A stretch of 64,000 bases of DNA from Rhodopirellula sp. (GCA_002701385.1 NZVD01000060.1:73534-137533), one strand, 5' to 3'; numbered from the stretch's first letter, positions 48,890 through 59,100 are shown. Numbers and translations are program-made. Notes: generated by a model from the sequence alone, not told the origin.

Positions 48890-51697
48890 ATGTCCCGGAT
48901 ACGACTTTCATCGTTTGTTTTTTGGCTTTCGGCGTTGTGCCTACTTAGCTCGTTCGTGCTGGTCGGGGTCGCACAGCCACCTGCTTCAACGCCTGCGTTC
49001 TCTACGGAGCAGCTCGACTTTTTTGAAACTAACGTTCGGCCAGTACTCGTTTCCAAATGCATCGAATGCCATGGGCCTGATACTCAGGAATCTGAATTAA
49101 GAATCGATTCAAGGGAGGCCATTATCAAAGGCTCGACTTCCGGCAGCATCGTCGACTTGAAGGCACCCGAAAAGAGCTTGCTGCTTCAAGTGCTAAGTCA
49201 TCAACAGGATATCCAGATGCCGCCGGACGACAAATTGGCGGATAAGGAAATTGCTGCGATCAAAGCCTGGATCGAGTTGCGACTTCCTTGGCCGCCAGGT
49301 GATCAGGGAAAAATTACAAAATACGATTCGTATGACACCATGCGACGTGAACACTGGGCATTTCAGCCTATCGAGCCCGTGCAGTTGCCAGCGGTCAATG
49401 ACATTACCTGGGCTCGCAGTCCACTAGATACGCTTGTGCTGGCCAAGCTTGAATCTGCTGAAATTAAGCCTTCCCCTGAAGCCGATCGCCGAACGCTGAT
49501 TCGTCGAGTCTATTTCAATCTTCTGGGCATTCCTCCAACTCCTCAACAAGCCCAGTCATTTGTTGATAATCCGGAACCCGATGCCTATGAGCAACTGGTA
49601 GATCAAGTCCTCAGTGCACCCCAATTCGGAGAGCGTTGGGGGAGACATTGGCTCGATGTCGCTCGCTACAGCGATACACTAGGATACAACTTCCAGCGTG
49701 AGCGCAGATTCCCCTTTTCCTATACCTATCGAGACTACGTCGTCCGGGCCTTCAATCAGGACATTCCGTATGATGATTTTATCCGTCATCAACTTGCGGC
49801 TGACCTAATGACACTTGAAGACCAACGTGATCTAGCCGGTATGGGATTACTCACTGTTGGTCGACAGTATCGGCGTGAGCAACTCGACACTGACGACCGC
49901 ATCGATACTGTGACTCGGGGATTCATGGGACTGACCGTTGCCTGTGCCCGTTGCCATGATCATAAATATGATGCCATTCCCACAGAGGATTATTATTCGC
50001 TTTACGGAGTTTTCGCCAGTGCTCGCGTCCCTGCCGAGCTTCCAACGATTCAGACGCCGGAAGAGACAATTGGCTATACCCAGTTCGCAGAAGGGTTGGC
50101 GGTCGTTCAGGGTGAATTAGACGAATATGACACCAAACGTGCCGGCGAATTCACTGAGTTATTTCGTGATAAGGTGTTTGACTATTTTGTTCGAGCCGCT
50201 GGCCGTCCAGATGAAACGCAAATTAAGTCAATTGAGGCACTTTCTGTTCGCGATACGGATATCCGAAACGCACAAGTCACTCAATGGCAATCCTACGTCC
50301 TTAAAACCGTAGCCAATGATGACCCGTTCTTCTCATTGCTAAAAATACTTGGAGCTACCCAGGCTGACAAATTCGTAGAAGTCGAATCAGCAGCAAGGGA
50401 AAAACTAATGACGCTCGAAGAAGGAATTGAGAGCGGCCAGGTTAACCCGCTTCTTAAACGAGCTTATCTGGAGAATCCACCAAAGTCTGTCTTGGAACTA
50501 TCAATAATCTACGCCAACATCCTGCAGGACGTACGAAATGAAACCAAGAAGCTCGGGACGCAACTTACTCCCGCTCAGCAACAGGTCTACCAGCACCTGA
50601 TCAGTGAAAACTCACCCACCCATGTCACATTGGAAAACGTCAATCAGTTTTACAATCGGGCGGATGGGAATACGCGTAACGGTCTGGTCAGAAAAATCGA
50701 CCTCTACAAATCGACGACACCGGGCAATCCGCCACGAGCGATGGTCATGGAAGAGAAACCAAATCCTTATAATCCCGTGGTCTTCATCCGAGGTAATTCC
50801 GGAAGACGTGGTGAACCCGTCAAGAGGCAATTCCTATATGCGCTAGATGGCGATCAGCAGGAGCCTTTTAAGAATGGTGGTGGTCGACTGGAGTTGGCGG
50901 AAAAGATCGCCCACCCAGACAACCCACTTACCAGGCGAGTGTTGATCAATCGAATCTGGTCACATCATTTTGGCAAGTCCTTGGTGACGTCGCCCAGCGA
51001 CTTTGGAATACGCTGTGACAAACCCATCCAACTTGATCTTATGGATTATCTGGCAAATGTTTTGTTGGAAAACGACTGGTCCATCAAAGAAGTGCATCGC
51101 GAAATTTTACTTTCGGCAACGTTTCGTCAAGCATCTGTCGACCGACCTCAAGCCAGATCCGTGGATCCTGAAAACGCATTATTCTGGAGGAAGAACCGTC
51201 AGCGACTCGAATACGAAGCATTTCGGGATTCAGTGATGTATGTCACCAACGAATTGGACTTCCGCATGGGAGGACTCTCAGAAGACCTAACTAATTCCCC
51301 CACGAATCACCGTCGAGCGATCTATTCGTTTATCGACAGACAGGATCTGGCAGGACTGCTTCGGGTGTTTGATTTCCCTAATCCCGATAGTCATAGCGCT
51401 CAACGTCCGGTTACCACCGTTCCTCAACAGGCCTTATTCATTATGAATTCGCCGGTCATTTTGGAGCGTGCAAAACGTTTCGTTCTCAGTTCTGAATTTC
51501 AAACCACCGCCGAATCTGAACGACTCTCTTACTTGTACCAAAGATTCTTCCAACGCTCTCCATCTTCAACCGAAGAGAAAGTCGCTAAGCAGTTTTTTGC
51601 TGGCTGGATTGAATCGAGTGAAACCTCAAAAATGGATGCCTGGCAACAATACGCCCATCTGTTATTGATGACCAACGAATTCATGTTCGTGGACTAA
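48890..51697 (+). CDS. PSCyt/DUF1549/DUF1553 domain protein (planctomycete cytochrome c-like)
   Basis: Signal peptide, CxxCH motif CIECHG, GERWGRHWLDVARY, CARCHDHKYDAI and C-terminal LMTNEFMFVD. Paralog of the 16152-19733 product. Confidence 0.85.
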   Translation: MSRIRLSSFVFWLSALCLLSSFVLVGVAQPPASTPAFSTEQLDFFETNVRPVLVSKCIECHGPDTQESELRIDSREAIIKGSTSGSIVDLKAPEKSLLLQVLSHQQDIQMPPDDKLADKEIAAIKAWIELRLPWPPGDQGKITKYDSYDTMRREHWAFQPIEPVQLPAVNDITWARSPLDTLVLAKLESAEIKPSPEADRRTLIRRVYFNLLGIPPTPQQAQSFVDNPEPDAYEQLVDQVLSAPQFGERWGRHWLDVARYSDTLGYNFQRERRFPFSYTYRDYVVRAFNQDIPYDDFIRHQLAADLMTLEDQRDLAGMGLLTVGRQYRREQLDTDDRIDTVTRGFMGLTVACARCHDHKYDAIPTEDYYSLYGVFASARVPAELPTIQTPEETIGYTQFAEGLAVVQGELDEYDTKRAGEFTELFRDKVFDYFVRAAGRPDETQIKSIEALSVRDTDIRNAQVTQWQSYVLKTVANDDPFFSLLKILGATQADKFVEVESAAREKLMTLEEGIESGQVNPLLKRAYLENPPKSVLELSIIYANILQDVRNETKKLGTQLTPAQQQVYQHLISENSPTHVTLENVNQFYNRADGNTRNGLVRKIDLYKSTTPGNPPRAMVMEEKPNPYNPVVFIRGNSGRRGEPVKRQFLYALDGDQQEPFKNGGGRLELAEKIAHPDNPLTRRVLINRIWSHHFGKSLVTSPSDFGIRCDKPIQLDLMDYLANVLLENDWSIKEVHREILLSATFRQASVDRPQARSVDPENALFWRKNRQRLEYEAFRDSVMYVTNELDFRMGGLSEDLTNSPTNHRRAIYSFIDRQDLAGLLRVFDFPNPDSHSAQRPVTTVPQQALFIMNSPVILERAKRFVLSSEFQTTAESERLSYLYQRFFQRSPSSTEEKVAKQFFAGWIESSETSKMDAWQQYAHLLLMTNEFMFVD

Positions 51698-51701
51698 AAC
51701 A

Positions 51702-53174
51702 ATGAAGAAACCAAACGAAGGAATATTTCACAGTAGCCCTGCTGCATTAACGGGCTTCAGTCGCCGCGAGTTACTGGCTCGATCGGGGACGGGATTGGGC
51801 ATGATGGGGCTCGCCGGATTGCTTGGGGATGACTCATTGCTGTCGACTTCTCAGGCCGCCGATGCTGTCAGCCCACTAGCGCCCAAACAACCTCACTTTG
51901 AAGGCAAGGCGAAACATGTCATTCACATCTTCTGCAACGGCGGACCGTCGCACGTCGATACATTCGACAACAAGCCTGAATTGACCAAGCATCATGGTAA
52001 GCCTCTTCCATTCAGTAATTTAAAAACAGAACGCAAAACAGGCCATTGCTTCGGGACTCCTTTTAGCTGGAAGCAATATGGGGAATCCGGCATTGAAGTC
52101 AGTGAACTATACGCAAAAACGGCAGCTGCCCATATCGATGACATGTGCATCGTCCGTAGTATGCATGCGGATGTACCTAACCACGAGCCCTCGTTGTTGC
52201 TCATGAATTGCGGGGAATCAACATTGATTCGTCCCAGTGTTGGGTCATGGATTTCGTATGGACTGGGAACGGAGAATCAAAACCTCCCTTCGTTCATTGC
52301 CATGTCTCCGGGAGGCTATCCCATTAAAGGGGCACAGAATTGGCAATCTGCATTCTTGCCTGGCATCTATCAGGGCACGTACATCGACAGCAAGCATCGC
52401 GATGTGGAAAAACTGATTGCTAACATTCGCAACTCCGACATTCCTCTAAATCAACAACGGCAACAGCTGAATGCATTAAAACGTCTTAACGAAATTCATC
52501 GAGAGCAACGCGGAGAGTCACCAGAGCTGGACGCACGGATCGAAAACTATGAGCTGGCTTATCGAATGCAATTGGAAGCCAGCGATGTCTTTGATGTCAG
52601 CGACGAACCAGCTCATGTTGTGGAAAGCTATGGGACCAGTGACGCGGCTCGGCAAATGCTCATCGCCCGACGGCTTGTTCAACGTGGTGTGCGTTACGTC
52701 CAGTTATGGCACGGCGCCGGTCAACCCTGGGACAATCATGATGACATTGAAGCAAACCATCGAAGATTGGCGGGGCAACAGGATAGTGCCATTGCTGCCT
52801 TGATGAGTGATCTAAAACGGTTAGGGCTGTTTGATGAAACACTGATTATCTGGGGTGGTGAGTTCGGTAGGACACCGGTAGTCGAATTGCCAACCGCCGG
52901 TGCTAATCAAGGAAAGATTAACGGACGTGACCACAATCACTGGGGATTCACTGTCTGGCTGGCCGGCGGAGGCATACGCGGTGGTCAAACTTACGGCACG
53001 ACCGATCCGTTTGGCTTCCGAGCCGAAGAAAATCCAGTACATGTCCATGATCTGCACGCTACCATGCTGCACTTAATGGGTTTTGATCACAAGCAGTTAA
53101 CCTACCGGTACGCCGGCCGGGACTACCGCCTGACCGACGTCCATGGTGAAGTAAAACAGGACTGGCTGGCTTAA
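51702..53174 (+). CDS. DUF1501 domain protein with Tat signal
   Basis: Twin-arginine motif SRRELLARSGTGLGMMGL. GGPSHVDTFDNKPEL, WGGEFGRTP and HDLHATMLHLMG. Starts 4 nt after the DUF1553 gene. Confidence 0.85.
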   Translation: MKKPNEGIFHSSPAALTGFSRRELLARSGTGLGMMGLAGLLGDDSLLSTSQAADAVSPLAPKQPHFEGKAKHVIHIFCNGGPSHVDTFDNKPELTKHHGKPLPFSNLKTERKTGHCFGTPFSWKQYGESGIEVSELYAKTAAAHIDDMCIVRSMHADVPNHEPSLLLMNCGESTLIRPSVGSWISYGLGTENQNLPSFIAMSPGGYPIKGAQNWQSAFLPGIYQGTYIDSKHRDVEKLIANIRNSDIPLNQQRQQLNALKRLNEIHREQRGESPELDARIENYELAYRMQLEASDVFDVSDEPAHVVESYGTSDAARQMLIARRLVQRGVRYVQLWHGAGQPWDNHDDIEANHRRLAGQQDSAIAALMSDLKRLGLFDETLIIWGGEFGRTPVVELPTAGANQGKINGRDHNHWGFTVWLAGGGIRGGQTYGTTDPFGFRAEENPVHVHDLHATMLHLMGFDHKQLTYRYAGRDYRLTDVHGEVKQDWLA

Positions 53175-53178
53175 CGAG

Positions 53179-54174
53179 TTAAACAGCTTCCCATTGATTG
53201 GTCTCAGCTGCTTTTAAGATCGCTTCGATCACTTTCATGTTTCCAACGGCATCGGAAATGGGCGTTGGTACATCCGTGTTATCCATCACAGCACGCGAGA
53301 ACAGATCTCCCTGAATACCGTATTGATCACAAATATCAAATACGATCTCTTCAATTTCTCCACACGCCTTTTGGTGCCACATTTTACATGGCTGATCCGG
53401 CGGAGCATTAAAAGGTATCTCTATCTCGATACGACCTTCCACTCCGAAAATGTTGACTCGCTGATACGGCGCTAGTTGAGTTGAGCAAGTAAATGTCGAT
53501 GTGCCACTTCCAAAATCAAGAATCGCACTCGACAAAATGTCGGTGCCAAATTCCGGATGAAATTCCGCCACACCGGTAACTCGGGAAGGCTCCCCGGCAA
53601 AGATGAAGCGTGAAAGACTGATTGGGTAACAACCAATATCCATCAAGCCGCCTCCACCAATGTCAGCCATATTACGAATATTATTCGGGTCATCGTTGAA
53701 GTAGGAAAAAAGCGAATTGATAGTAACGAGCTGGCCAATGCCACCTGTCTGTACGATCTCCCGAGCCTTTTGCCATTGAGGATGATGGCGATACATAAAG
53801 GCTTCCATACACTTGAGGTCTGGATGTGCCGCTGCGGCATCGACCAGTTGTTGACCTTCTTCACTGGTCAGGGCAATGGGCTTTTCGCAAAGCACGTGCT
53901 TGCCGGCTTCCAACGCCTGAATCGAAACTGGAACATGCATATGGTTCGGAAGGGGATTGTAGATTGCGTCAATCTCCGGATCGGCTAACAGAGCTTCATA
54001 CGATCCATAGGCCTTGGGAATGCCTAATTCAGCGGCCGTCGCATCCGCCTTTTCCTGTGTTCTTGAGGCAATCGCCACGATGTCACAAAATTCGGCTCCC
54101 TGCATCGCTGGAATCACCTTCTCAGTACCGATCTTGGCCGTGCTTACAACACCCCAACGTAATTTGTCTGCCAT
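53179..54174 (-). CDS. Gfo/Idh/MocA-family oxidoreductase
   Basis: Rossmann N-terminus LRWGVVSTAKIG, the conserved LCEKPIA motif and 331-aa length. Confidence 0.85.
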   Translation of the reverse strand: MADKLRWGVVSTAKIGTEKVIPAMQGAEFCDIVAIASRTQEKADATAAELGIPKAYGSYEALLADPEIDAIYNPLPNHMHVPVSIQALEAGKHVLCEKPIALTSEEGQQLVDAAAAHPDLKCMEAFMYRHHPQWQKAREIVQTGGIGQLVTINSLFSYFNDDPNNIRNMADIGGGGLMDIGCYPISLSRFIFAGEPSRVTGVAEFHPEFGTDILSSAILDFGSGTSTFTCSTQLAPYQRVNIFGVEGRIEIEIPFNAPPDQPCKMWHQKACGEIEEIVFDICDQYGIQGDLFSRAVMDNTDVPTPISDAVGNMKVIEAILKAAETNQWEAV

Positions 54175-54257
54175 ATCTGTTCGCGTTTCACTCCTGATTA
54201 AAGATCTTTATTCGCAATTCATTGTATGTTTTGCAAACCGGATTTCCAGCAGGGACG

Positions 54258-55214
54258 CTAAGACGATTGAAATCGAATACCGGGCTGAATCTGATAGCCT
54301 CGTAAGAATTCGCCGGCGGTCAGTAGGCGTTTTCCAGCGGGTTGAATTTGATGAAACGCTACACATCCATCGCCACAGGCAACGATCAATCGCTCGTCCT
54401 CCGCGGCAATCACTTCCCCGGGCTCACCGGAACCATGTTGCTCTGCCAACACCATTTCTTTCACCAATAATCGAAGCGGTTGTTTACCTCGATCCCATAG
54501 CGTGAAGCTACCGGGCCAGGGCTGAACTCCTCGATGACGGTTAATGACATCTAGAGCACTGTCGGACCAACAAATCGCCCCATGCTGTTTCGTTAGTCGA
54601 GGTGCTTTTGTAACTTCTTGTGAATCTTGTATCGCACCTAGAGTCGATTTACCATCCCAGGACGCCAACAGTTCGATGGCCTCGAGAACAGCCGGGACAC
54701 CGAGTTGAGATAATCGTACTTCTAGAGTCTCTGCCGTTTCATGTGCTTCAATCGGAGTATCGACTTGAACGAGTGTCGGACCACCATCGAGCTTGGGAGT
54801 CATGTGAATCACGGTGACTCCTGAATGGGAGTCGCCGTTGATGACCGCCCATTGCACCGGTGCTGCTCCACGATACTTAGGTAGTAAGGAACCATGTAAA
54901 TTGATCCCACCCAATCGTGTAGTCGCCAATGTATCCCGACTAAGAATCTGCCCATAGTCACAAACGACCATTAGGTCCGCTCCGACTTCACCTAATTGCT
55001 GAACCACCTCGGGGTCATTGATCGAATCGGGGGCCCATACATCCATCCCCAGATGATCAGCGGCTTCTCGCATCGGATTCGGCGGAGGTTTTTTTCTACC
55101 GCGGGCAGGCCGGGTAGGTCGAGTGACAACAACAGGAACATCATGTCCGGCAGCCAGAATGGCTTCAAACATCGGTACAGCAAAGGGGCCAGTGCCCATA
55201 ACAATCAATCGCAT
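54258..55214 (-). CDS. fmt: Methionyl-tRNA formyltransferase
   Basis: MRLIVMGTGPFAVP N-terminus (start placed at 55214). Signature HGSLLPKYRGAAPVQWAVING. 18 nt downstream of def. Confidence 0.9.
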   Translation of the reverse strand: MRLIVMGTGPFAVPMFEAILAAGHDVPVVVTRPTRPARGRKKPPPNPMREAADHLGMDVWAPDSINDPEVVQQLGEVGADLMVVCDYGQILSRDTLATTRLGGINLHGSLLPKYRGAAPVQWAVINGDSHSGVTVIHMTPKLDGGPTLVQVDTPIEAHETAETLEVRLSQLGVPAVLEAIELLASWDGKSTLGAIQDSQEVTKAPRLTKQHGAICWSDSALDVINRHRGVQPWPGSFTLWDRGKQPLRLLVKEMVLAEQHGSGEPGEVIAAEDERLIVACGDGCVAFHQIQPAGKRLLTAGEFLRGYQIQPGIRFQSS

Positions 55215-55232
55215 CGAGTTAGCACCTGCCAA

Positions 55233-55814
55233 TTATTGACAAAACTTTGCTTCCCATTCAGCCAATTGCTCATGAACCGATGTCTCATCCGGAATTAGAC
55301 CATCAGCAAGCTTTGACTGGTATTCTATTTCAAAATCTTCAATCTCTGGTTGGATGGCCTGCAAACTATGCTCGACCATCCGTTCGGTAAACATAACGCC
55401 GTCCAAATGATCCGTTTCGTGTTGAACGACTCGGGCCATGAAATCATCGAGGTCTAGGCTGATCGCTTTACCATCAATACCGAACGCTTCAACGTGAATA
55501 CTCTTGGAGCGGTTAACGGGGCCATAAACTCCGGGCAGACTCAAACAGCCCTCATCAGCCACCTCATTCCCTGTGCCTTTGCTAATGACCGGATTAATAA
55601 AAACAAATTCCTCGCCTTCTTCACGGTCGCCGGCAGGATTTGCGACAAATAATCGCAAAGGCAAATTCACTTGATTGGCTGCCAAGCCCACGCCTTTGGC
55701 TTCGTACATTAACTCGAACATTTCAGACACGATGGCCTTTAGTTCAGCATTAATTCGAATCACTGGCTTCGATTTATACTTTAAGGTTGGATGAGGATGA
55801 GTAATGATTTCCAT
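55233..55814 (-). CDS. def: Peptide deformylase
   Basis: The three conserved motifs are GVGLAANQ, EGCLSLPG and QHETDHLDG. Start placed at the ATG at 55814 (MEIITHPHPTL); the ORF-track start 55946 adds 44 non-homologous residues. Confidence 0.9.
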   Translation of the reverse strand: MEIITHPHPTLKYKSKPVIRINAELKAIVSEMFELMYEAKGVGLAANQVNLPLRLFVANPAGDREEGEEFVFINPVISKGTGNEVADEGCLSLPGVYGPVNRSKSIHVEAFGIDGKAISLDLDDFMARVVQHETDHLDGVMFTERMVEHSLQAIQPEIEDFEIEYQSKLADGLIPDETSVHEQLAEWEAKFCQ

Positions 55815-56036
55815 GAATGAACTCAAAAGGCACGACACGTTTCGGGGTCTCAATAATAAAGAGATTAGCATCGAAACTGCGAATCTGAAAGTCCGGAAAG
55901 TTGACAACAACCGCGGAGGCCTGCTCGGTGAAGCATCAATCCTCATGGATGGATGCTTCGCTTATATTCCCACACGACTTATAATGAACAAACCAAGCAC
56001 TAGTCCAATTCAATCCTCTGCGACCTCCACATTTTA

Positions 56037-57131
56037 GTGAATTCTCCCACAAATCCAGATTCCGCTCCGCAGACTGATGCGTTGTTTTCCAGTATCGAAG
56101 AGATGCCTGAAAACCAGCAGGAACTGCTCTCAAATCTGAGTGACTCTGATGGCATGTTCTACTACGAAAACAACAGTAATTCGGCGTTGTTTATCTCGGT
56201 GGGAATTCACATTGCCGTTTTTGCATTACTGGTCTACACCTGGAAGACTACTATCTTCAAAGGAGCTGCAGACGAGCAATCTGCCGAAGGTGGGATCGTC
56301 CTGGTAAATAACTCTGCTGAAAGTCCCACGTATCATCAGAACCCTAGCGAAGAGACTTCACAGTCCACGCAACAATCCTCTGAATCCGTTAGTGAATTAG
56401 TGGAACAAAGTACACAACTCGATGCACTCTCAAATATTCAACTTCCCGGAGGATTACCGGACGGCACAGCCGAACCGATTATCGATACCAGTGGTAGTGC
56501 CGAGAGTGCTTTACCGACTCTCGAAGAACTGACCAATAATCAAACATCCAATGGAGGAGACTTTGGAAAAGTCGAAACGGGTGTATTTGGTATCAAAGGA
56601 AAAGGCTCTCGGTTTATTTATGTTTTCGACCGCTCGGCTTCCATGTCCGGCTACATGGGAAAGCCGATGCATGCAGCCCAGCAACAGCTACTAGCCAGCT
56701 TGACGGACCTGAAAGAAAACCATCAATTCCAAATCATCTTCTATAACGAGTATCCATCGGTCTTTAATCCGTTTCATCCCTCACCACCTAAGCTTTTGTA
56801 TGGCAATCAGATTAACCGTACCGAAGCGGTCAATTTCGTTGAAGGAATCAAGCCATCAGGACAGACCAACCATATTGCAGCACTCAAAGCAGCACTCAAT
56901 ATGAAACCCGATGTGATCTTCTTCCTGACCGATGCCGATGAACCCCAGCTGACAACTGACGAGCTAGCTTTGATCACGAACCGTAATGACGGAGTGGGAG
57001 CTTCGATTAACTGCATACAATTCGGAGTGGGAAGATATCTGGGTTCCAAAAATTTCCTGATGCGACTAGCTGACCTCAATGGTGGGCAATACAGCTATGT
57101 CGACTTGAATAAACTGACGCCCATACGTTAA
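56037..57131 (+). CDS. TonB-like N-terminal membrane anchor fused to a vWA (MIDAS) domain
   Basis: TM helix LFISVGIHIAVFALLVYT with Ser-x3-His, closely resembling the E. coli TonB anchor LLSVCIHGAVVAGLLYT. Ser/Gln/Glu-rich linker. vWA domain with MIDAS residues (DRSAS, GQT, TDAD). GTG start; alternative starts are possible upstream of the TM helix. Confidence 0.7.
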   Translation: MNSPTNPDSAPQTDALFSSIEEMPENQQELLSNLSDSDGMFYYENNSNSALFISVGIHIAVFALLVYTWKTTIFKGAADEQSAEGGIVLVNNSAESPTYHQNPSEETSQSTQQSSESVSELVEQSTQLDALSNIQLPGGLPDGTAEPIIDTSGSAESALPTLEELTNNQTSNGGDFGKVETGVFGIKGKGSRFIYVFDRSASMSGYMGKPMHAAQQQLLASLTDLKENHQFQIIFYNEYPSVFNPFHPSPPKLLYGNQINRTEAVNFVEGIKPSGQTNHIAALKAALNMKPDVIFFLTDADEPQLTTDELALITNRNDGVGASINCIQFGVGRYLGSKNFLMRLADLNGGQYSYVDLNKLTPIR

Positions 57132-57168
57132 TCTTCCGTTTTCAACTCTCCCCCAACAGAAAGCAATC

Positions 57169-58266
57169 ATGGCTGCGCATACAGGATCAATTCGATGCCA
57201 GAGATGGTTCGTATTTCTATTAGCCTTTCTGACTACGACCACGTTTTTTGCAACTAACTGCTCAGGTCAGGAAATGCCACCTGATACTGTTACAGTTTGG
57301 AACAGCAATACCAAAAAGAGCCAGAGCTATCGCGGGCGAATTGTAAGTTATGACGCCAGCGAATTGAAGCTACAGTTGGCTTCCGGGCGAGAGCAGTCCC
57401 TGCCCTCTGCACAAATTACTGACATTACCAGTCGTTGGCATGACGATTACGTCAAAGCCGAAGATTTTGTACAGCAACGCCGCTTTGAACGCGCCTCCAT
57501 AAGCTATAAGCAAGCACTTACAGCTGAAACCCGCCTCTGGGTAAAACACCGTATAACTGCAAGATTGGTTGCCTGTGAGCAGAATGACGGGAATTGGCAT
57601 AACGCTGCGAACCAGTTTTTTAACACCTTAATGAGTCAACAGTCGGGTACGCCCTATTTGAGTGCGGCACCGCTCGCCTGGCATACACTTTCAGCCTCCG
57701 GCGAATTATTGCATCGTGGCCGAGAGCTCATGCGATCTGCGAATGCTCTGAAGCAGCTTGTCGGAGCTAGCTGGTTGCTGACCACTCCTTACCGAAGTGA
57801 AGCCATAGTCATTTTTAAACAACTGGAACAACATCAGGATAAGACGATCGCCCTGCTTGCTGTTGCACAAACATGGCGTACCCGGATTCCACTAGCCAAG
57901 CAGGACGACTTGAAACAATGGGAGCAACTAGTCCTCCAACTCCCCAGAGACCTTCGAGCCGGTCCGCTCCATATTCTGGCTCAGATGCAGCGCAGCTTGG
58001 GGCTACACGAAGAGGCTGTTCTAACCTGGATGAAAATCCCAATCCTCTATCCCGCCACACACCATTTGTCGGCCGAGGCTTTATACGCATCGATTCGCGA
58101 ACTCATGACATTAACGCAATATTCAGAAGCGCTCATCCTCTGCAAAGAGTTTGCCAGTCGCTATTCAGATACAACTACCGGCACGCAAGCTGAGCGACTC
58201 GAATTAGATATTCGGGCTCGAATCAAGGCACGCGATCAGATCAATCAGGAAGGAGATGCCTCGTGA
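57169..58266 (+). CDS. Secreted alpha-helical-repeat (TPR-like) protein
   Basis: 365 aa. Signal peptide with a possible lipobox (FFATNCS). Helical-repeat-like C-terminal two thirds. The stop overlaps the exbB-like start (GTGA at 58263-58266). Confidence 0.6.
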   Translation: MAAHTGSIRCQRWFVFLLAFLTTTTFFATNCSGQEMPPDTVTVWNSNTKKSQSYRGRIVSYDASELKLQLASGREQSLPSAQITDITSRWHDDYVKAEDFVQQRRFERASISYKQALTAETRLWVKHRITARLVACEQNDGNWHNAANQFFNTLMSQQSGTPYLSAAPLAWHTLSASGELLHRGRELMRSANALKQLVGASWLLTTPYRSEAIVIFKQLEQHQDKTIALLAVAQTWRTRIPLAKQDDLKQWEQLVLQLPRDLRAGPLHILAQMQRSLGLHEEAVLTWMKIPILYPATHHLSAEALYASIRELMTLTQYSEALILCKEFASRYSDTTTGTQAERLELDIRARIKARDQINQEGDAS

Positions 58267-59066
58267 GACGGTTTAACTGGTTCACCACCCTTGGCACCAC
58301 GGGCCTTGTATTCGGACTCATGTTTCAAGTGTCCGCCATGGCACAGGACGCTGAAGGCAGAACGGCTCAGGTCAAAGGATTTACAGATATAGTCTTTTCC
58401 GGTGGCATCACTGGATTGGCAATCCTGATTCTCCTGCTCTGTTTATCCTTAACCGCAGTCTACTTGGTCATTGAACACTTATTGACCTTACGAGCCAAAG
58501 ACATCATGCCTACCGATTTGGGTATTCAGTTAAGAGATCAGCTCGTGGCTGGTAAATACCGCGAAGCAGATGCACTTTGTCGTGAGAATCCATGCCTGTT
58601 AAGTTTTGTCATCAGCCATGGATTGGGCGAGATGGAAGGAGGCTGGGAAGCCATCGAAAAAGCGATGGAGGATGCCATGGCTGAGCAATCCGCACGTCTA
58701 TTTCGAAAAATCGAATACCTCTCGGTGATTGGGAACATTGCACCGATGGTGGGCCTACTAGGCACGGTTACCGGAATGATCTTCGCCTTTCAGCAGGTTG
58801 CAACCACACAGGGAGCAGCAGGTGCAGGTGACCTAGCCGAAGGTATCTATCAGGCTCTGGTCACCACGGTAGGCGGACTGATCGTTGCGATCCCATCCTT
58901 AGGAGCTTTCGCCATCTTTCGTAACCGAGTGGATCATCTGGTTGCAGAAGCATCTTACGTTGTCCAGCATACGATCGCTCCTGTAAAACAAAGAGCACGA
59001 CACGCTTCAAAGAATGCTAAGCAACCAGCAGCCACTCCTAAAGCCAAATCACCCGAGCAGGGTTAA
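58263..59066 (+). CDS. exbB: MotA/TolQ/ExbB-family proton channel protein
   Basis: Three TM helices with the family signature IAPMVGLLGTVTGMIFAF and LVTTVGGLIVAIPSL. Confidence 0.85.
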   Translation: MRRFNWFTTLGTTGLVFGLMFQVSAMAQDAEGRTAQVKGFTDIVFSGGITGLAILILLLCLSLTAVYLVIEHLLTLRAKDIMPTDLGIQLRDQLVAGKYREADALCRENPCLLSFVISHGLGEMEGGWEAIEKAMEDAMAEQSARLFRKIEYLSVIGNIAPMVGLLGTVTGMIFAFQQVATTQGAAGAGDLAEGIYQALVTTVGGLIVAIPSLGAFAIFRNRVDHLVAEASYVVQHTIAPVKQRARHASKNAKQPAATPKAKSPEQG

Positions 59067-59100
59067 CCGCATATTCATCTGAGATTGGTTCCGCCAAACA

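Noticed and set aside
55957-55985. Sigma-70-like -35/-10 pair (ttcgct - 17 nt - tataat) upstream of the anchor-vWA gene. A similar tataat lies near 32145 upstream of top6B.
   Set aside because: The -35 match is weak, and planctomycete promoter consensus is not well enough known to me. These are not reported as features.
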